From positions 91,638,001 through 91,702,000 of the forward strand of contig NC_087437.1 of the NCBI RefSeq assembly GCF_036321535.1: a stretch of DNA of 64,000 bases. The letters run 5' to 3'. Origin of the DNA: Camelus dromedarius (taxonomy: Eukaryota). Below are positions 37,701 through 51,200 of this stretch, one piece after another. Both the position numbers and the translations under genes were made by a program. Numbering within the stretch: position 1 is the first letter of the stretch; the number at the start of each line of letters is the position of its first letter. Under the pieces are notes generated by a model. It made no database searches. It saw only the letters and a list, made by a program, of their open reading frames with translations, and was not told the origin of the DNA.

Positions 37701-40700
37701 TCTTCTATAATTCTATTGTATCTTTTTTTAATGTATAACAACGTATTATTGTACAAATTTCAGGTGTATGACATGTTGCTTTGATGTATTCATACATTGC
37801 AATGTGATTGCAGTTATACCAATAATTAACACTTCTATCATATCACATAATTAGCATTTGTTTCTAGTGGATGGAATCATTAAAATCTAGCAAGTTTGAT
37901 GTTTATAATATTGTTGTCTACATTCACTAAACTGCATTATATCTCTAGGGCTGATTTATTACTTGTTGCAAGTTTGTATCCTTAAACATCTTTCCTAGCC
38001 CCTCACGCCCCATCCCTTGGTAACCATCATTGTACTCTGATTTTAGAAGTTTTCCTTTTTTATATTTCCCATATAAGTGATATCATACACTATTTGTCTT
38101 TCTCTGTCTGACTTGCTTCATAAGCATATGTCCTCAAGTTCATCTATATTGTTGCAAATGACAGAATGTCCTTGTTTCTCATGATTGTATATTTCATTAT
38201 ATATGTGTGTATGTGTGAGTGTGTGTATATATATATGTATATTATCACAACACATCTTCTTTATCCATAGATCTGTTTATGGGTACTTAGATTGTCTCCA
38301 TATCTTGGCTATTATGAATAATGATGCAATCAACATGGGAGTGCATATGTCTCTTTAATATCCTGTTTCATTTCCTTTGTGTATATACCCATAAGTGGAA
38401 TTGCTGAAACATATGGTAGATCAACCTTCATTTTTTTGAAGAACCTCCATTTTGTTTTCCATAGTGGCTGAACCAATTTACATTAATTTCAACACTGCAC
38501 AAGTATTTCTTTTTCTCCACATTCTTGCCAGTACTTGTTATTTACGATCTTCTCAATGATAGCCATTCTAACAGATTTGAGGTAATATCTCATTGTGATT
38601 TTGAATTGAATTTTTCTAATGATTAATGATGTTGAACAATATTTCATATACCTGTTGGCCACCTGTATGTCTTCTTTGGAAAAATGTCTATTTCCTCTGC
38701 CCATTTTTTAATTGGATTGTTTTTATGTTAATTGAGTTGCATGAATTCTTTATATATTTTGTATTTTAACTCCTTATCTGTTACATGGTTTGCACATATT
38801 TCTCCCATTCTGTTGATTGCCTTTTTATTTTACTGATTTTTTTTCTTTTGCTGTGTAGAAGATTTTAAGTTGGATGTAATCCTATTTATTTGTGCTTTTG
38901 TTCCTTGTGCTTTAGGTGTAAGATCCAAAATATCATTATGATACCAATGTTGAGGACTTTATGTTTTTTTCTTAGAGTTTTATGGTAACAGGCCTCCTGT
39001 TTAAATTTTTTATATATTTTGAGGTAAATTTTGTAATCGTGTAAGATTGGGGTACAGTTTCTTCTGCATGTGCTTTTCAGTTTTTCCAATATCATTTCTT
39101 GTCTCCCTTGTCCAATATTGGTTGACTGTACGTGTAGAGGTTTATTTCTGGACTCTCTGTTCCATTGATTTCTGTGTCTGTATTTATGCCAATACCATAC
39201 TGTTTTAATTGCTATAGTTTTATAGTATAAATATTATATGTATATGTGTGTGTGTGTGTTTATGTATATATATATATAGTATAGTTTGAAATTGGGACAT
39301 ATAATAGTTCCAGCTTTGTTCTTTCTCAAGGATGTTTTGGCTATTAAGTGTCCTTAGAATTCCATATGAATTCTAGGATTGTTTTCTCTTTTTGTAAGGA
39401 ATGGCATTGGAATTTTGACTAAATTGAATCTATAGATCGCTTTAGGTAATATGGACATTTTAACAATATTTTTCCAATCCATGTGCAAAAGATGTCACTC
39501 AATTTGTCTGTATATCCTTCAACTTCTTTCACCAAAGTCATAGAGTTTTCACTGCCAGGTTTTTCTCTACGGATCTCTCACTGTACAGATGTTTCACTGT
39601 CCCGGTTAAATTTATTCATATGAATTTTATTGTTTTTATGCTATTATAAATAATATCGTTTTCTTTATTTTTTTATTTACATGTTTCATCATTGATGTGT
39701 AGAAATGCAACTGATTTTTGTATGTTGATTTTGTATCCTGCAAAATCATATAATCTCTCAATAATAAATTTAACTTCTTTTTTAAAAAAAGAAAACTTCT
39801 TTCTTTCCAATTTGGATGCTTTATATTTCATTTTCTTACCTAATTGTTCTATCTAGGACGTCCAATATTATATTGAATAAGAGTTGTGAGAGTGAGCATT
39901 CTTTTTTTGTTTCTAATCTCAGGAAAATTTTCAATTTTTCACCATTGAGTGTAATGTTAGCTGTGGGTTTGTCCTGTAAGACCTATTTACTATACTGAGG
40001 TATGTTTCTTCTATACCTGGACTGTTAAGATTTTTTATCATGGAAGGATGTTGTATTTTGTGAAAGGCATTTTCTGCATCTTTTGAGATAATACTGTAAT
40101 TTAAATTTTTGTCTATATTAATGTGAAGTAATACATTTATTCATTTGTGTATGTTGAACCATACTTGCATCCCAAGAATAAATCCCACTTGCTCATGATG
40201 TACAATCCTTTTAATGTGTCCTTGAATTCAGGTTGATAATAATTTTGTTAATTTTTGCATCTGTATTCATCGGGGATATTGGTCTATAGTTTTCTTTTCT
40301 TGCAGTGTTCTTGTATAACTTTGGTATCACGGTAAGTCTGGCTTTGTAAAATTGAGTTTGGAAGTCTTTCCTCCAAAGACTCATTAATGCTTCTTTAAAT
40401 GGTAGAATTCTTCCATGAAGCCATGTGGTCCTGTAGTTTTCTGTGTTGGTAGGTTTTTGATTACTGATTCAATATCTTTACTCATTATTGATCTGTTTAG
40501 ATTTTCTAACTCTTCCTTATTCAGTCTTGGGGTGTTGTTTGTTTCTAGGAATTTATTCATTTCTTCTGGGCTATTTGATTTTTGGCATATAATTTTTTTG
40601 TAGTAGTCTCTCATGATCCTATGTATTTCTGTAGAATCAGTCACAAAGTCTCCTCTTTAATTTCTAATTTTATTGAGTCTTTTTTTCATTAGTCGAGCTA

Positions 40701-41244
40701 AAGTCTTGTCAATTTTGTTTCTTTTTAAAATATCAGCTCTTATTTACTTTTTAACTCTATTGCTTTTTTAGTCTTTTTCATTTACTTCCACTCTGATCTT
40801 TATTATTTGCTTCCTTCTGTTAATTTTGGGCTTAATTTATTCTTTTTCTAGTTCCTTCAGGTATAAATTTAGGTTATTTGAGATCTTTTTAATTCTTAAT
40901 GTATGCATTTTTTTTGCTGTAAACTTTCCTCTCAGAACTGCTTTTTCAACGTCCTATAGGTTTTATGCTGTTTCCAGTTTTATTTTTGAGATATTTAAAA
41001 TTTTTCTTTTGATTTTTTTTGATGCATAGATTGTTCAGAAGTGTATTGTTTAGTTTCCACATATTTGTAGTTTCTCTACCCTTTTTCTTACTGATTTCAA
41101 GTGTCATACCCTTGTGATCAGAAAAGCCAATTTGTATGATTTCATCTTCTTACATTTGTTGTGACTTTATTTGTGTACTATCATATAAAAAATATGTATT
41201 CTTGAGTTCTTGGGTGTAATATTTTATATATATGTTTTATATTG

Positions 41245-41276
41245 TTTTATATATATGTGTGTGTATATATATATTT

Positions 41277-41314
<38 letters not shown>

Positions 41315-41352
41315 ATATATATGTATATGACAGGTTGTGTGTGTATATATAT
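41245..41352 (+). repeat. Compound (TA)n/(TG)n microsatellite within L1
   Basis: Seen directly. Confidence 0.95.
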
Positions 41353-41769
41353 AATCTGTTAAGTCAATTTGGCCTAAAGTGTGATTAAAATCCATTGTTT
41401 CCTTGCTGCTTTTTTGTCTGGATGATCTGTCTATTGCTGAATGTTGGGTATTGAAATCCCCTACTATTCTTGTCTTCCTTCAGATCTGTTAGTATTTTCT
41501 TAATATTTAGGTGCTCCAATGTTATGTGTGTATATATTTACAATTATTGTATCTTCTGGATTTATTGACCCCTTTATCACTATGTAATAGTCTTCTTTTT
41601 CTCTTGTTACCACTTTTGGCTTAAAGTCTATTTATCTGATATCAGTATGGCTAACCCTACTTAATTTTGATTTCCGCTTGCATTGAATATCTTCTTCCAT
41701 CCCTTCACTTTAAGTGTGTATGTCCTTAGAGCTGAAATGAATCTCCTGCAGGCAGTGTATAGTTGGCTC

Positions 41770-41770
<1 letters not shown>

Positions 41771-41809
<39 letters not shown>

Positions 41810-41825
41810 ACGTGCATGTGTGTGT
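41771..41825 (+). repeat. (TG)n microsatellite within the L1 ORF2 5' end
   Basis: Seen directly; gives the HTHTHT run in ORF 41726-41917. Confidence 0.95.
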
Positions 41826-44363
41826 GATTTAATACAGTTAGCTACTCTGCCTTTTAATGGTGAATTTAATTCATTTACATTTAGAATGATTATTGATTTG
41901 TAAGGGCTTACTGCCATCTTATCATTTGCCTTCTAGTTGTTTTGTATCTCCATGACTTCTTTTTAGCTATGTTTCTGCCTACCTTTGTAAATTAGTGGCT
42001 TTCCATTGTAGTATGCTCTGTCTCTCCTTTTTTATGCTTTATGAATCTACTCTAGATTTTTGTTTTGTGGTTCTGATGAAGGTTACATATAACATCTCAT
42101 AGAAAAAAGATCCATTTTATGCTGAAAATAACTTATTCATTTGCCTATAATGCCCCACCCTTTTATTCTTCTCCTTTTATATTTTTGATGTCACAATTTA
42201 CCTCTTTTTATGTCATGTATTTACTAATAAATTATAATCGCTATAATTATTTTTAATATTATTTTCCTTAAACCATTATACTCTGATTAAGTGGTTAACA
42301 CACCATCCTATATAGAGTTACAGTTTTCTAATTCTGTTATCTATTTTTACCAGTGTGTTGTGTACATTCATTTATTTTTATGTCACTTAGTAGTGTATTT
42401 TTCATTTCATCTTGGAGAATTCCTTTCAGTATTTTTTGCAAGGCTGGTCTAGTGTTGGTGAACTCCCTCAGCTTTTGTTTGTCTGGGAATGCTTTTATTT
42501 CCCCTTCATGTCTGAAGGGTCACTTTGTCAGATAAATATTCTTGGTTGGAAATTTTTATTTTTCAACACTTTGAGTGTGTAATTCCACACCCTCCTGGCC
42601 TGTATAGTTTCTGCTGAGAAATTTGCTGATAGTTTAATGGAGGTTTCTTTTGTAAGTAACCTTCTTTGTTCCCCCTGGCTGCCTTTAAGATTTTCTTTAT
42701 CATTGATTTTTAATAGTTTCATTGTATTGTGTCTTGGAGAAACCATTTGGCATTAAGATAATAGGGTATTCTATTAAATTCATGAACTTTTATGTACAAG
42801 TCCTTGCTTAGGTTTGGGAAGTTCTCAACTATTATTCTTTAAATAGACTTTCTGCCCTCTTCCCTCTTTTCTGAAATCCCAAACATTCTGATATTTGTCT
42901 TTCTGATTGAACCCAATAACTCTCATAGGCTTTCCTAATTTTTAAAAATCTTAGTTTTCTATCCTTTTCTAACTGTATTATTTTCATTTTCTTATTCTCC
43001 TAGTTACTTATTCTTTCTTCCATCCAGTCTGTACTGTTACTGATGTTCTCTGTTGCATTTTTTAAATCTCATTCATTGAATTCTTCAGTTTCAGAATTTG
43101 GGTTTTTTAAAATAAAAATTGCAGTCTCTTTGGTAACAAAATCCTCTGTTTATTAATTTTATTCCTGATTGTATTGAATTGCCTTTGAGTTTTCTTGTAG
43201 CTTGTTGAATTTCTTTATAACAGCTTTTCCAAATTCTTTGAGTTAAATCAAGACTATTCCATTCCTCTGAGTTCAGTTGCTAGAGAATTCTCATTTCCTT
43301 TTCATAATAAAAATTGTGTACCTTATCTTTTTGTACTGTTTGTAGGTATGTTCTTGTGCTTTCACATTTGAAGTAGCAGATACTTATTTAGCTAAGCATT
43401 TATGGCTTATTTGGTTCTTAAAATTCAACAAGTTGGCTATTAGAAACCTATCTATTGTATTCCAGAAAATGGCATTATAACTTAAGTTTATGGTTTTTTC
43501 CTTCCCCACTGACCTTGGCCGTTTTCTGACCATGCTCCCTGTCTACCTTAACTTGCTCTTGCAGATGCACTGGGGAGGGGACACATGCAGTCAACAGTAA
43601 AGTGGACAAGGTGTGGGTTTAGCACTTGGGGGCTTGGGGGCTTAGCACTATGGGCCCAGTGGAGTGATCTTCTAGTGGGGTATTCCCAGAGGCTTGTAAG
43701 TGGACTTCTGCTGAAGTGGTGAAGCAGACAGCAGAAAACACATTCCTTTAATGCTGCTGGGTAATCTTATCTCCCCTTCCCTTTCTCTTCCCTCCACCCA
43801 GTCATGGATGTCCCTCCTTAAAAATGCGGGTACTACTGGAGAGAAATGAATTTCTCCAATTGCAGCCCACACAACTGGTATAGCTGGGCAGTCACTCACC
43901 ACTTTCTCTTTCTACCTTCTTAATGGGACAGGTCACAGCTGCTGCTGTCAGATAGTTTAATCCCAGTGCAGTGTTCTTATGGGCAGGAATACCTCTGATG
44001 AGTTCCTCCCTCTCCTCTATATCCAAATTCATCTCTACCTTACTTCAGTGAAGTGCTGGAATCTGCCCTCAGGCAGGCTTGACTTCTGCAAACCCTCTCT
44101 CACCCATAGGGTGCTTGGTTTTGCACTCTAAACTTTTTCTTTTTTCTCCAAGGATCTGGAATCCTTGGATCTGAAGTCTTTACTAAGATATTGTTTGTTT
44201 ATTTCTGGATGCATAGGTGGGCTAAAATGCTTCCAAGTCCCTTAGTGTAAGTTGCAGAGGCATTTGTTTGCTTATAGATGTCTAATTAGTTTGGGAGAAA
44301 GTGAGACAAAAGAGAAATTACTTATACTGCCATGGGTACTGATGTCACTCTCCCCTATTGTAT

Positions 44364-46400
44364 TTATGTAGCATTGTGTTTCTTCTATAAATTTTGTTGT
44401 TTTATATGATACATACATATTATAAATGTAATGTATTGATATGGCATATGTTTGCATTTTGTTCTTCAGTTTATTTAACTAATTTTCTCTATTTTAATAT
44501 TTTAAATTCTTTTATGTGTTATATTTTCTTCAATTTTATTGATTGAAATAGTTTCCACATATTTGTAGTTTCTTTGTAGTTATTTTGACACTTAGGATAG
44601 TTTCAACTTTAACTGTACCTTTTATGAAAATTACAACTTTATGTAATGTCTTTGGTAATCTATAATTTGATAATATTTATTATTTCCTCCACAAAAAGAA
44701 AACTGAAGGGTGGAGTAAACAATACAATAAGCATTTTTTTTTCTTCTTTGCACATTTAAATTCTCTCCTCCAATAACAATAGCCAAAGCAATTAAATTTT
44801 CAGTGTTTGTATAATCAAAATTTTCACTGAACTTTTCACTTGACTTCTTTGACCTTCAGGTGTTATACATAAAGAAATAATTAGTAAATTTACTTTATTC
44901 CCAAACTTTAATTTTTAAGCTACTACTAATTTTCCTTAAGGATATTATTTTGTACATTGTAAAGGCTGAAAATACTTAGGCTCTCTTTGCTCGCTTTAAG
45001 CTTCACATTTGTTTCTGTTTTAGTTTTATGATTAAACATATGCAGTATTTCCTAACAATTTTTATTATAATTTCCTCAGAGCCTCTTAATTATTTGTTAT
45101 TTAGTAGTTTCCATTAAAAACAGATCATAGAGCATTATTTCTTGAGGTTTGTATGTTAAAAACCCATTTTTGTAACTTATATAATTTAATTTTTTGTTTG
45201 CTGTGTGTAGAGATGCTTTTTATTAAGAATTATGCCAAAGTGTTTCTAGTGGTCTGAAGTTTAATGTTTTTGCATGATCTTTTTCCATCACTATTCTCAA
45301 TTTTGTCTTTAAATTTCATTAATTTTTAAGAATATATCACAGTTTAATTAAATCTTGGATCAGTTTAATCTACATATAGTGGATTCTTGACTACCTCTTT
45401 ATTTCATCAGAATTCTGGACTTTCAAGTGTTTCACAGTTTTCTTTAATTACAGCTTGAAGTAGTTTTATTTGATTTTTAAATTTTATTTGTTTATTTTTA
45501 ATATCTCAAAACTTACCAACTCCTTTTTTGTTTCCATTTCATCTTTCTTTTTTTCTTGGTATCCTGTTGCTCCAACTTACTTTGTTTCTACAGCAGGAAA
45601 TTTCCCTTTCTGATTTTGTCTTAATTTCCATGATTTTTCTTCTACAATTTTTCTGAATCTTTCAATTAATAAATCATCTCCTTTCATTGTCTTTCCATTT
45701 ATTTGTGTTCTTTCATTTTCTAGTGTTTGTTCTTTCTATGTAGAAGTAAGACTTTATTCATCAGTTACATGGGGCACAATTTCTAACTAAACTGGTGTCA
45801 GTATCTTTGTGATGAATATCTTTACCAATTTTATAATTTATTTTTATTTTCAATATTTTAACATTTTATTTCTTGGCCAGTTTTGTTCTATAGTCATTCT
45901 CTTTGAAATGAGTTAAATTCTTTGGAATGAGGAGACACATTTGAACCTAAAATATTCTCCTGCTGTATTTTTACAGTAACAGATTTTTTTTCCCCTATAG
46001 TCATGGTTTTTATGTGGGTTTTTTTGTGTGGCCCTAGCTATTCTGCTTCTCTGATCCAAAACTGATCCAGAAAGGCATCAGTCAACAAGCCTTCTCAATC
46101 TTTGTTCTAGCAAGCTTTATTGCAGTGACAGGATAGTTTTGCATTTTATAATAGGCTGCTCTCCTTGTCAAGAATAGTTAGGCTATTGTTTTCTGGGAAT
46201 TTCAGTGGTCGATCTTTCTTATCATTGGTGAACTTTTTCTAATTTCTTCTTTCAAAGCATCTACACAATTTTAATTCAAAAAACAATTCTGCTCAATTTG
46301 CTTTTACAAGTACTGCATAAAATATGAAATCTAGATAATATCTGTCAGATTTTTGTGCTGATCATATAACCTGGGTTTCTCTCCCTGATTCATTTTGAAT
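44364..46400 (-). mobile_element. Continuation of the ancient L1 host element
   Basis: Persistent T-rich antisense-L1-like composition; very decayed. Confidence 0.45.
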
Positions 46401-46919
46401 TTCTATGATTTTCAAAAGAAAGGGAAAGATGATATCATGCAGTTATGCTTGTACATTTGAAAAAAGACTTGGATCAAGATGTTTAATTCTCCTCACCCTG
46501 TAATCCAAATTGAACATTAGAGAGATTTTTAGAGTTACAACTACTAAATTAGATATTATCTACTGTAACTATTTGTAATCTAAAATAAAAGAGAGACAAA
46601 TAAAATCAACAAAACTTAGATATGTTTACATTACAGGAATTTGGCTGAGGCAAAACAAATGATATATGTTACACTAAACAATAAAGATATGGATTCCAAA
46701 ACGTGCAGATTTATTATGTAAATGTTTACTGCTGCAAAATTTTAGAACAGATAAAATAGATGATGTGGTAGCACTTTGGAAGGAAAATAATGACATCTAG
46801 AAAGCGAACAGTGCATTTAAATTCACATAATGCTAAGATGATTTTATTTCATTTATATGTTTATTATATTGTGTGATCCAGGAAGTATTTTATAATATAA
46901 TTTCATTCTAGCAGGGCAG

Positions 46920-47340
46920 GAGATAGTTCATTTATGTATTGTAGTTACTGGTTGAATAATTATACCTAGAAGGCTGATAAATGAATTGTTTTAAACCTAG
47001 AGAGAGGACGCTGAGGTTATGATACTGGATTTCATTATTAATTTTATACCATTTAACATGTTTATTAATGATTTGGTGAAATATAATGAAAGTGTACTTA
47101 TTTAATTTATAGAGAACAAGATATTCTGTACAGTAAATACTGTTATTTGTTAAAATTAGAATTCCATATTGTTTAAGTTAGGAAAAGCCAACTCATGCAA
47201 GATATGTTTTAAAGTAATACATAATAAACTACAACATTAAAGGGTTTAAAATTCATTCCAATTTTTACAGAACTGAAAAACTGGTTTGAAAAAATTCATT
47301 TTGCCCAAAATACCTGGAAATCTTACTTGCACCTAAGCTC
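46920..47340 (+). mobile_element. L3/CR1 LINE reverse-transcriptase fossil
   Basis: From 47052 it translates FNMFINDLVKYNESVLI*FIENK, resembling CR1 'FNIFINDL....LIKFADD'; upstream 'tggttgaataattatacc...ctgataaatg' resembles the WL..R.QRV.ING motif. Confidence 0.7.
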
Positions 47341-47359
47341 CTTAGTAAATGAGATGATT

Positions 47360-47480
47360 TAAGAATGATGCTTATCTGAGAGTTGTTGTGAGAGTTAAAC
47401 TAAATAATAACAAAAGAAATTAGACTAGTCTCTTATATCATTTAGTGAATGCTTAGTAAACATTAGCTGTATTAATATCT
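47360..47480 (+). mobile_element. MIR 3' part
   Basis: 'gagagttgttgtgagagttaaactaaataata...tagtgaatgcttagtaaacattagctg'. Confidence 0.65.
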
Positions 47481-48156
47481 TGGTATATCATATTTATGAG
47501 ATTTTAAATCAGGAAGAATAAATATAAAGCTAATTGGTTTGGTGAGAAATCTATAAATGTCCTCATGTAGTAACCAAATACTACTAATCTAAGAAGTCTA
47601 ATTTTATGTTTAGTGTTCCATTTCTCTGATAATTTTAATAATGCTAGTGAGAATTACAACATAAATCCATATATTCTAAAAATGTGAATTATAAAATTCT
47701 AAGTGAAAAGACAGTTATACAATATCTATATCATTGGAGAAGTTAATCTCTTTGGAATAAACATGAAATTACACGTAGGTCATGCTACACTGAAAATAAA
47801 TATGTAGATACTTTGTAATAAGTAAACTATTATCAGTATATTAGCTTGCAATGTCCTATAAAGAAGCGATGGGCAAAATTTTGACATTCCTTAAATTATG
47901 TATCTATAGAAATCTGACTTCCCCTGTCTCCACTTACTCCATTTATTCACTTATGGATTTTGGTTTCCTTCTGTATTTTCTTTCTTTATTAGCTAGGTAA
48001 AAGGTTGGGGATCGGGGTATAGTTATCTTAGTTAAGGAAAGGAGTTCGGGCAGAATTTTTTTTTTCTGTTCAGTTAAGCTGTTTAATTTTCCATTATATT
48101 TTATGCCCTAAGGAGTTCAAATTTCTTGTAACTTTTATTGTAATGTTTAATGTACA

Positions 48157-48292
48157 CAGTCAGCCCTCTGTGTCTGCAGGTTCTACACTCACAGAACTAC
48201 TCCATTTTATATAAGAAACTTGAGCATCCACAGAGTTTGGTATCCACTAGGTGTCATAGAACCAATCCCCCGTGGAAACCAAAGAAAGACTA
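48157..48292. mobile_element. Internally deleted MER2-like (Tigger family) DNA transposon
   Basis: Ends 'cagtcagccctctgtgtctgcaggtt' and 'aaccaatcccccgtggaaaccaaagaaagacta' are decayed inverted repeats; internal 'acttgagcatccacagagtttggtatcc'. Confidence 0.8.
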
Positions 48293-51200
48293 TTTTTCAT
48301 ATTTAGGTTATCATTAACTATTTTTTGTGCCTACAGTTGTGTTTTTTCCTTCTACTTCCATGAACAAGCATTTGTCACACTGCCACCAAACAGAATTAAA
48401 AATTATTCAGACATTGATTTATAGAATATGTTGTAAAGCAACATCATATTTGATGAAGTATTTTGTCCCCCTTAAAAATATTTGTTTCACATACAATTTG
48501 TTGTAATATTTTTGACCCATTTTACAAGTAAAAAATATTTATTCACAAAGGAAGATTTTGCCAAGGTTTAGACACATTTCCTTGCTTTTAATAAACAGAT
48601 GGTGGCTATTAATTGTTGTTAAGTCATGCTAATATAGCACCATTTATTATTCAGGTGCCAGATATCTCTCTGACAGATGGAACATCAGTGTAGCTAATGT
48701 TGGATGATATGAGCATTGCAAGCATGATACTAATGTGTTAGCTGTGGCATTGGCATTTGGAACCATAGAAGTCATCTTGGCAACACCAGAGGTGCAGTAG
48801 TAACTGGCTGGATAACTATGGCCAACGAAGCACATAGCTGTCAGTCACACCATTTGGAAGGAAGGTATATTCAAAACTTTAAAACAAGGCCACTGTATAT
48901 TTCTATTTAAACCCAACTCTGCATTTTGTCAAGTCCATATGCTTTATTCTGTTTGCCTTGTTGTTCATGTAACATTTAAGATAAGAGGACATCTGCTAAC
49001 TTTGGCTCAGAATGCTACATGGCCTTATTCTCTCCCAGTCATTCTGCTCTTGAAACAATTTTCTACTAACAACAAAAAAGTTTCTCAGGAAGCTGCAGGC
49101 CTAGGCAGTCATTTCATATAATTCAATGTGTCTAAAAGATCCTTTTTTTTCAAAAAATGGTTTTTAGCGGGCTTTTCAGAATTATAATTGCAGGCTGTTT
49201 CCTCTCTGAAATCTCTGAACAAAATGGCCTTAAGCATGCTCCAAGAACAAGCTGCTCTTTGGCACAAGCCATTTGACATTCATCCTACTTTCTGAAACTT
49301 GATTCATCTGGACTGTGACATCTCACTGACTTTAGCCAGAAGCTAGAGAATTTGCCTTCTAGCATTTTTTATGCACCTCCTGGACCTAGATATAGGTTTC
49401 TTTACATTCCGACCTTCACCCTCTGCTGAGCTCTTGTAGACTTTCTGTTCCTGAGGCATATAAAAGTCTTCTAACATTGTGCTGTCAAATATGCTTTGTG
49501 CTTAAGTAATATTGATTCCAACTGACATTCATAGAAGAATATCAAATCATGCATGCTTTATTCTGTTTAGTATGTTCATTCTATCTTTGTAAGATAAAAA
49601 GTTCAGATTACAAAAGTGGATCTGGTATTTAAAGTTGGGAACCAGGCAAAACAAGTCCTATTTCAGCTACCACACTGAATTTCACTGAATTTTGTGCCCT
49701 AAAGTGAATGGATAAATACGTGTATTTTCATTGTCACATGGGGAAAGCTTCTTCTCAAATGTATGCTAGTCCTTTACCAGTTTCTTGTTTAGACTTCAAT
49801 CAATGTGCTGAAAAACCCAAAGGAAAGTAGAAAATACACACAGTGTTTAAGATGTCAGACTCAATATTATGGTGAAATTATCTTTTTATTATAGGAATGA
49901 AAATCCAGCAAAACACAATGGTAGTTTAATTTTCAAGAATAAATCACTGTTTTAAACACTTTTTAATTATAAAAGATTAAAATTTTTGCCAAATTGGATT
50001 GGGTATATGTGTCTGTGTGTGTATATATATATAATTTTATATATATATATTATTTTACAGCTTCTTGAGAAATTTGTTTAATTTATATTCCTAGAAATAT
50101 CTGAATTAAAATTAATTAGCAAATATAATTTATATCCACCCTTACTTTGAATGCATGATAATCTGTTTTGTTCAATCTAAGTTTTCTGGAAAAGCATCCC
50201 TGACAATTGTTATTTTTGGTAAACATTTGCTTGAAATAGCACAGTATCTGATTTGAGTTAGGTGAAGCAGCTGTTCTAGCTTCACAGAAAATGTTGCCAG
50301 AAAGAAATTGTGTCCCTAAGGCATGGGCTGAGTTACAGCTTTAAAAAATTAAATTAGCCCAGCACAAGTTTTGGCTTCTCCATAACTTGGCTTCCTTGTA
50401 CCGTGGCCCTCCACCATGGCTTCCTATTTGTTTGGCCCATACTCTTCTGTAGTTTATTGACAGTAACATGATAAATCACAGATTCCACTGGGCACCATAC
50501 CTGCTCACATGGTCTTAGGCTCTGTAAGGGGGCCAATAGTCATGCCTTCTCATGCAGGATTGTGAAATTGCTCTTTTAAAGGCTTAGGAATCAATGTTCT
50601 ATGAAACAAACTGTTCTTAATCCAAGCAGTGATTCCTAGGGAGTTGTGACTCTTCTCTCAAAAATGACTACAGTTCTGAATTTGGGGTTGCATCTGTTCA
50701 TCTTCTTGTGAGACTCACATGGTCATAAATATTTCATACATAGAGATGATGATAAATATAACTATGGAATGGGGGAGATATAATTTTCTGATTTTTAATT
50801 ATTAAAAATATTTTAGGTGAATGTTAATTTCTTAGACATGTATCAGTTCTTAAATGACAAGTATAGAAAATATCTTTTGAATCTGAAGCAATGTAATTAA
50901 ATCCCATTTGATTTTCATTTATGCCATGAATTTATCTCATTTGCGGGGGGCAAGTATGTTACTTGAATTATATGTCCTAATCCTTTTACTTACCTTAGGC
51001 TACTGTCCAATTAAATTTTAATTGTAACATGTGTCTTGAATTTATGGATAACCAGAGAACCTCTATTATATGAGACATAAAACCATAGAATAAAATTAAA
51101 ATCACTGGCTATTTGGAGAGGAATGTCACTATATCACAATGGAATATTAATAAAAAATTGACACAAAGCTGAAGGAGAAAATGAATAATGAGATGTCTCT

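Larger units (their letters stand above)
37722..44354 (-). mobile_element. Full-length, inactive LINE-1 (L1MA-like, ~6.6 kb) with 9-bp TSD
   Basis: 3' end with T-run at ~37723. ORF2 remnants: 38489-38704 (NRHFSKEDIQVANRYMK), 40384-40644 (TDSTEIHRIMRDYY) and the N-terminus at 41917 (SIIILNVNELNSPLK). ORF1 remnant 42528-42746 (FSAETIQARRVW). The 5' terminus reads GGGAGAGTGACATCAGTACCCATGGCAG on the minus strand. CTATTGTAT flanks it at 37713-37721 and 44355-44363. Confidence 0.92.

Noticed and set aside
38489..42746. ORFs with real protein similarity (38489-38704, 40384-40644, 41726-41917, 42528-42746)
   Set aside because: Fragments of L1 ORF1/ORF2 broken by stops, frameshifts and microsatellites; not host genes
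48780..48800. CTCF-like 'acaccagaggtgcag'
   Set aside because: Spacing does not fit the core consensus (one extra base)
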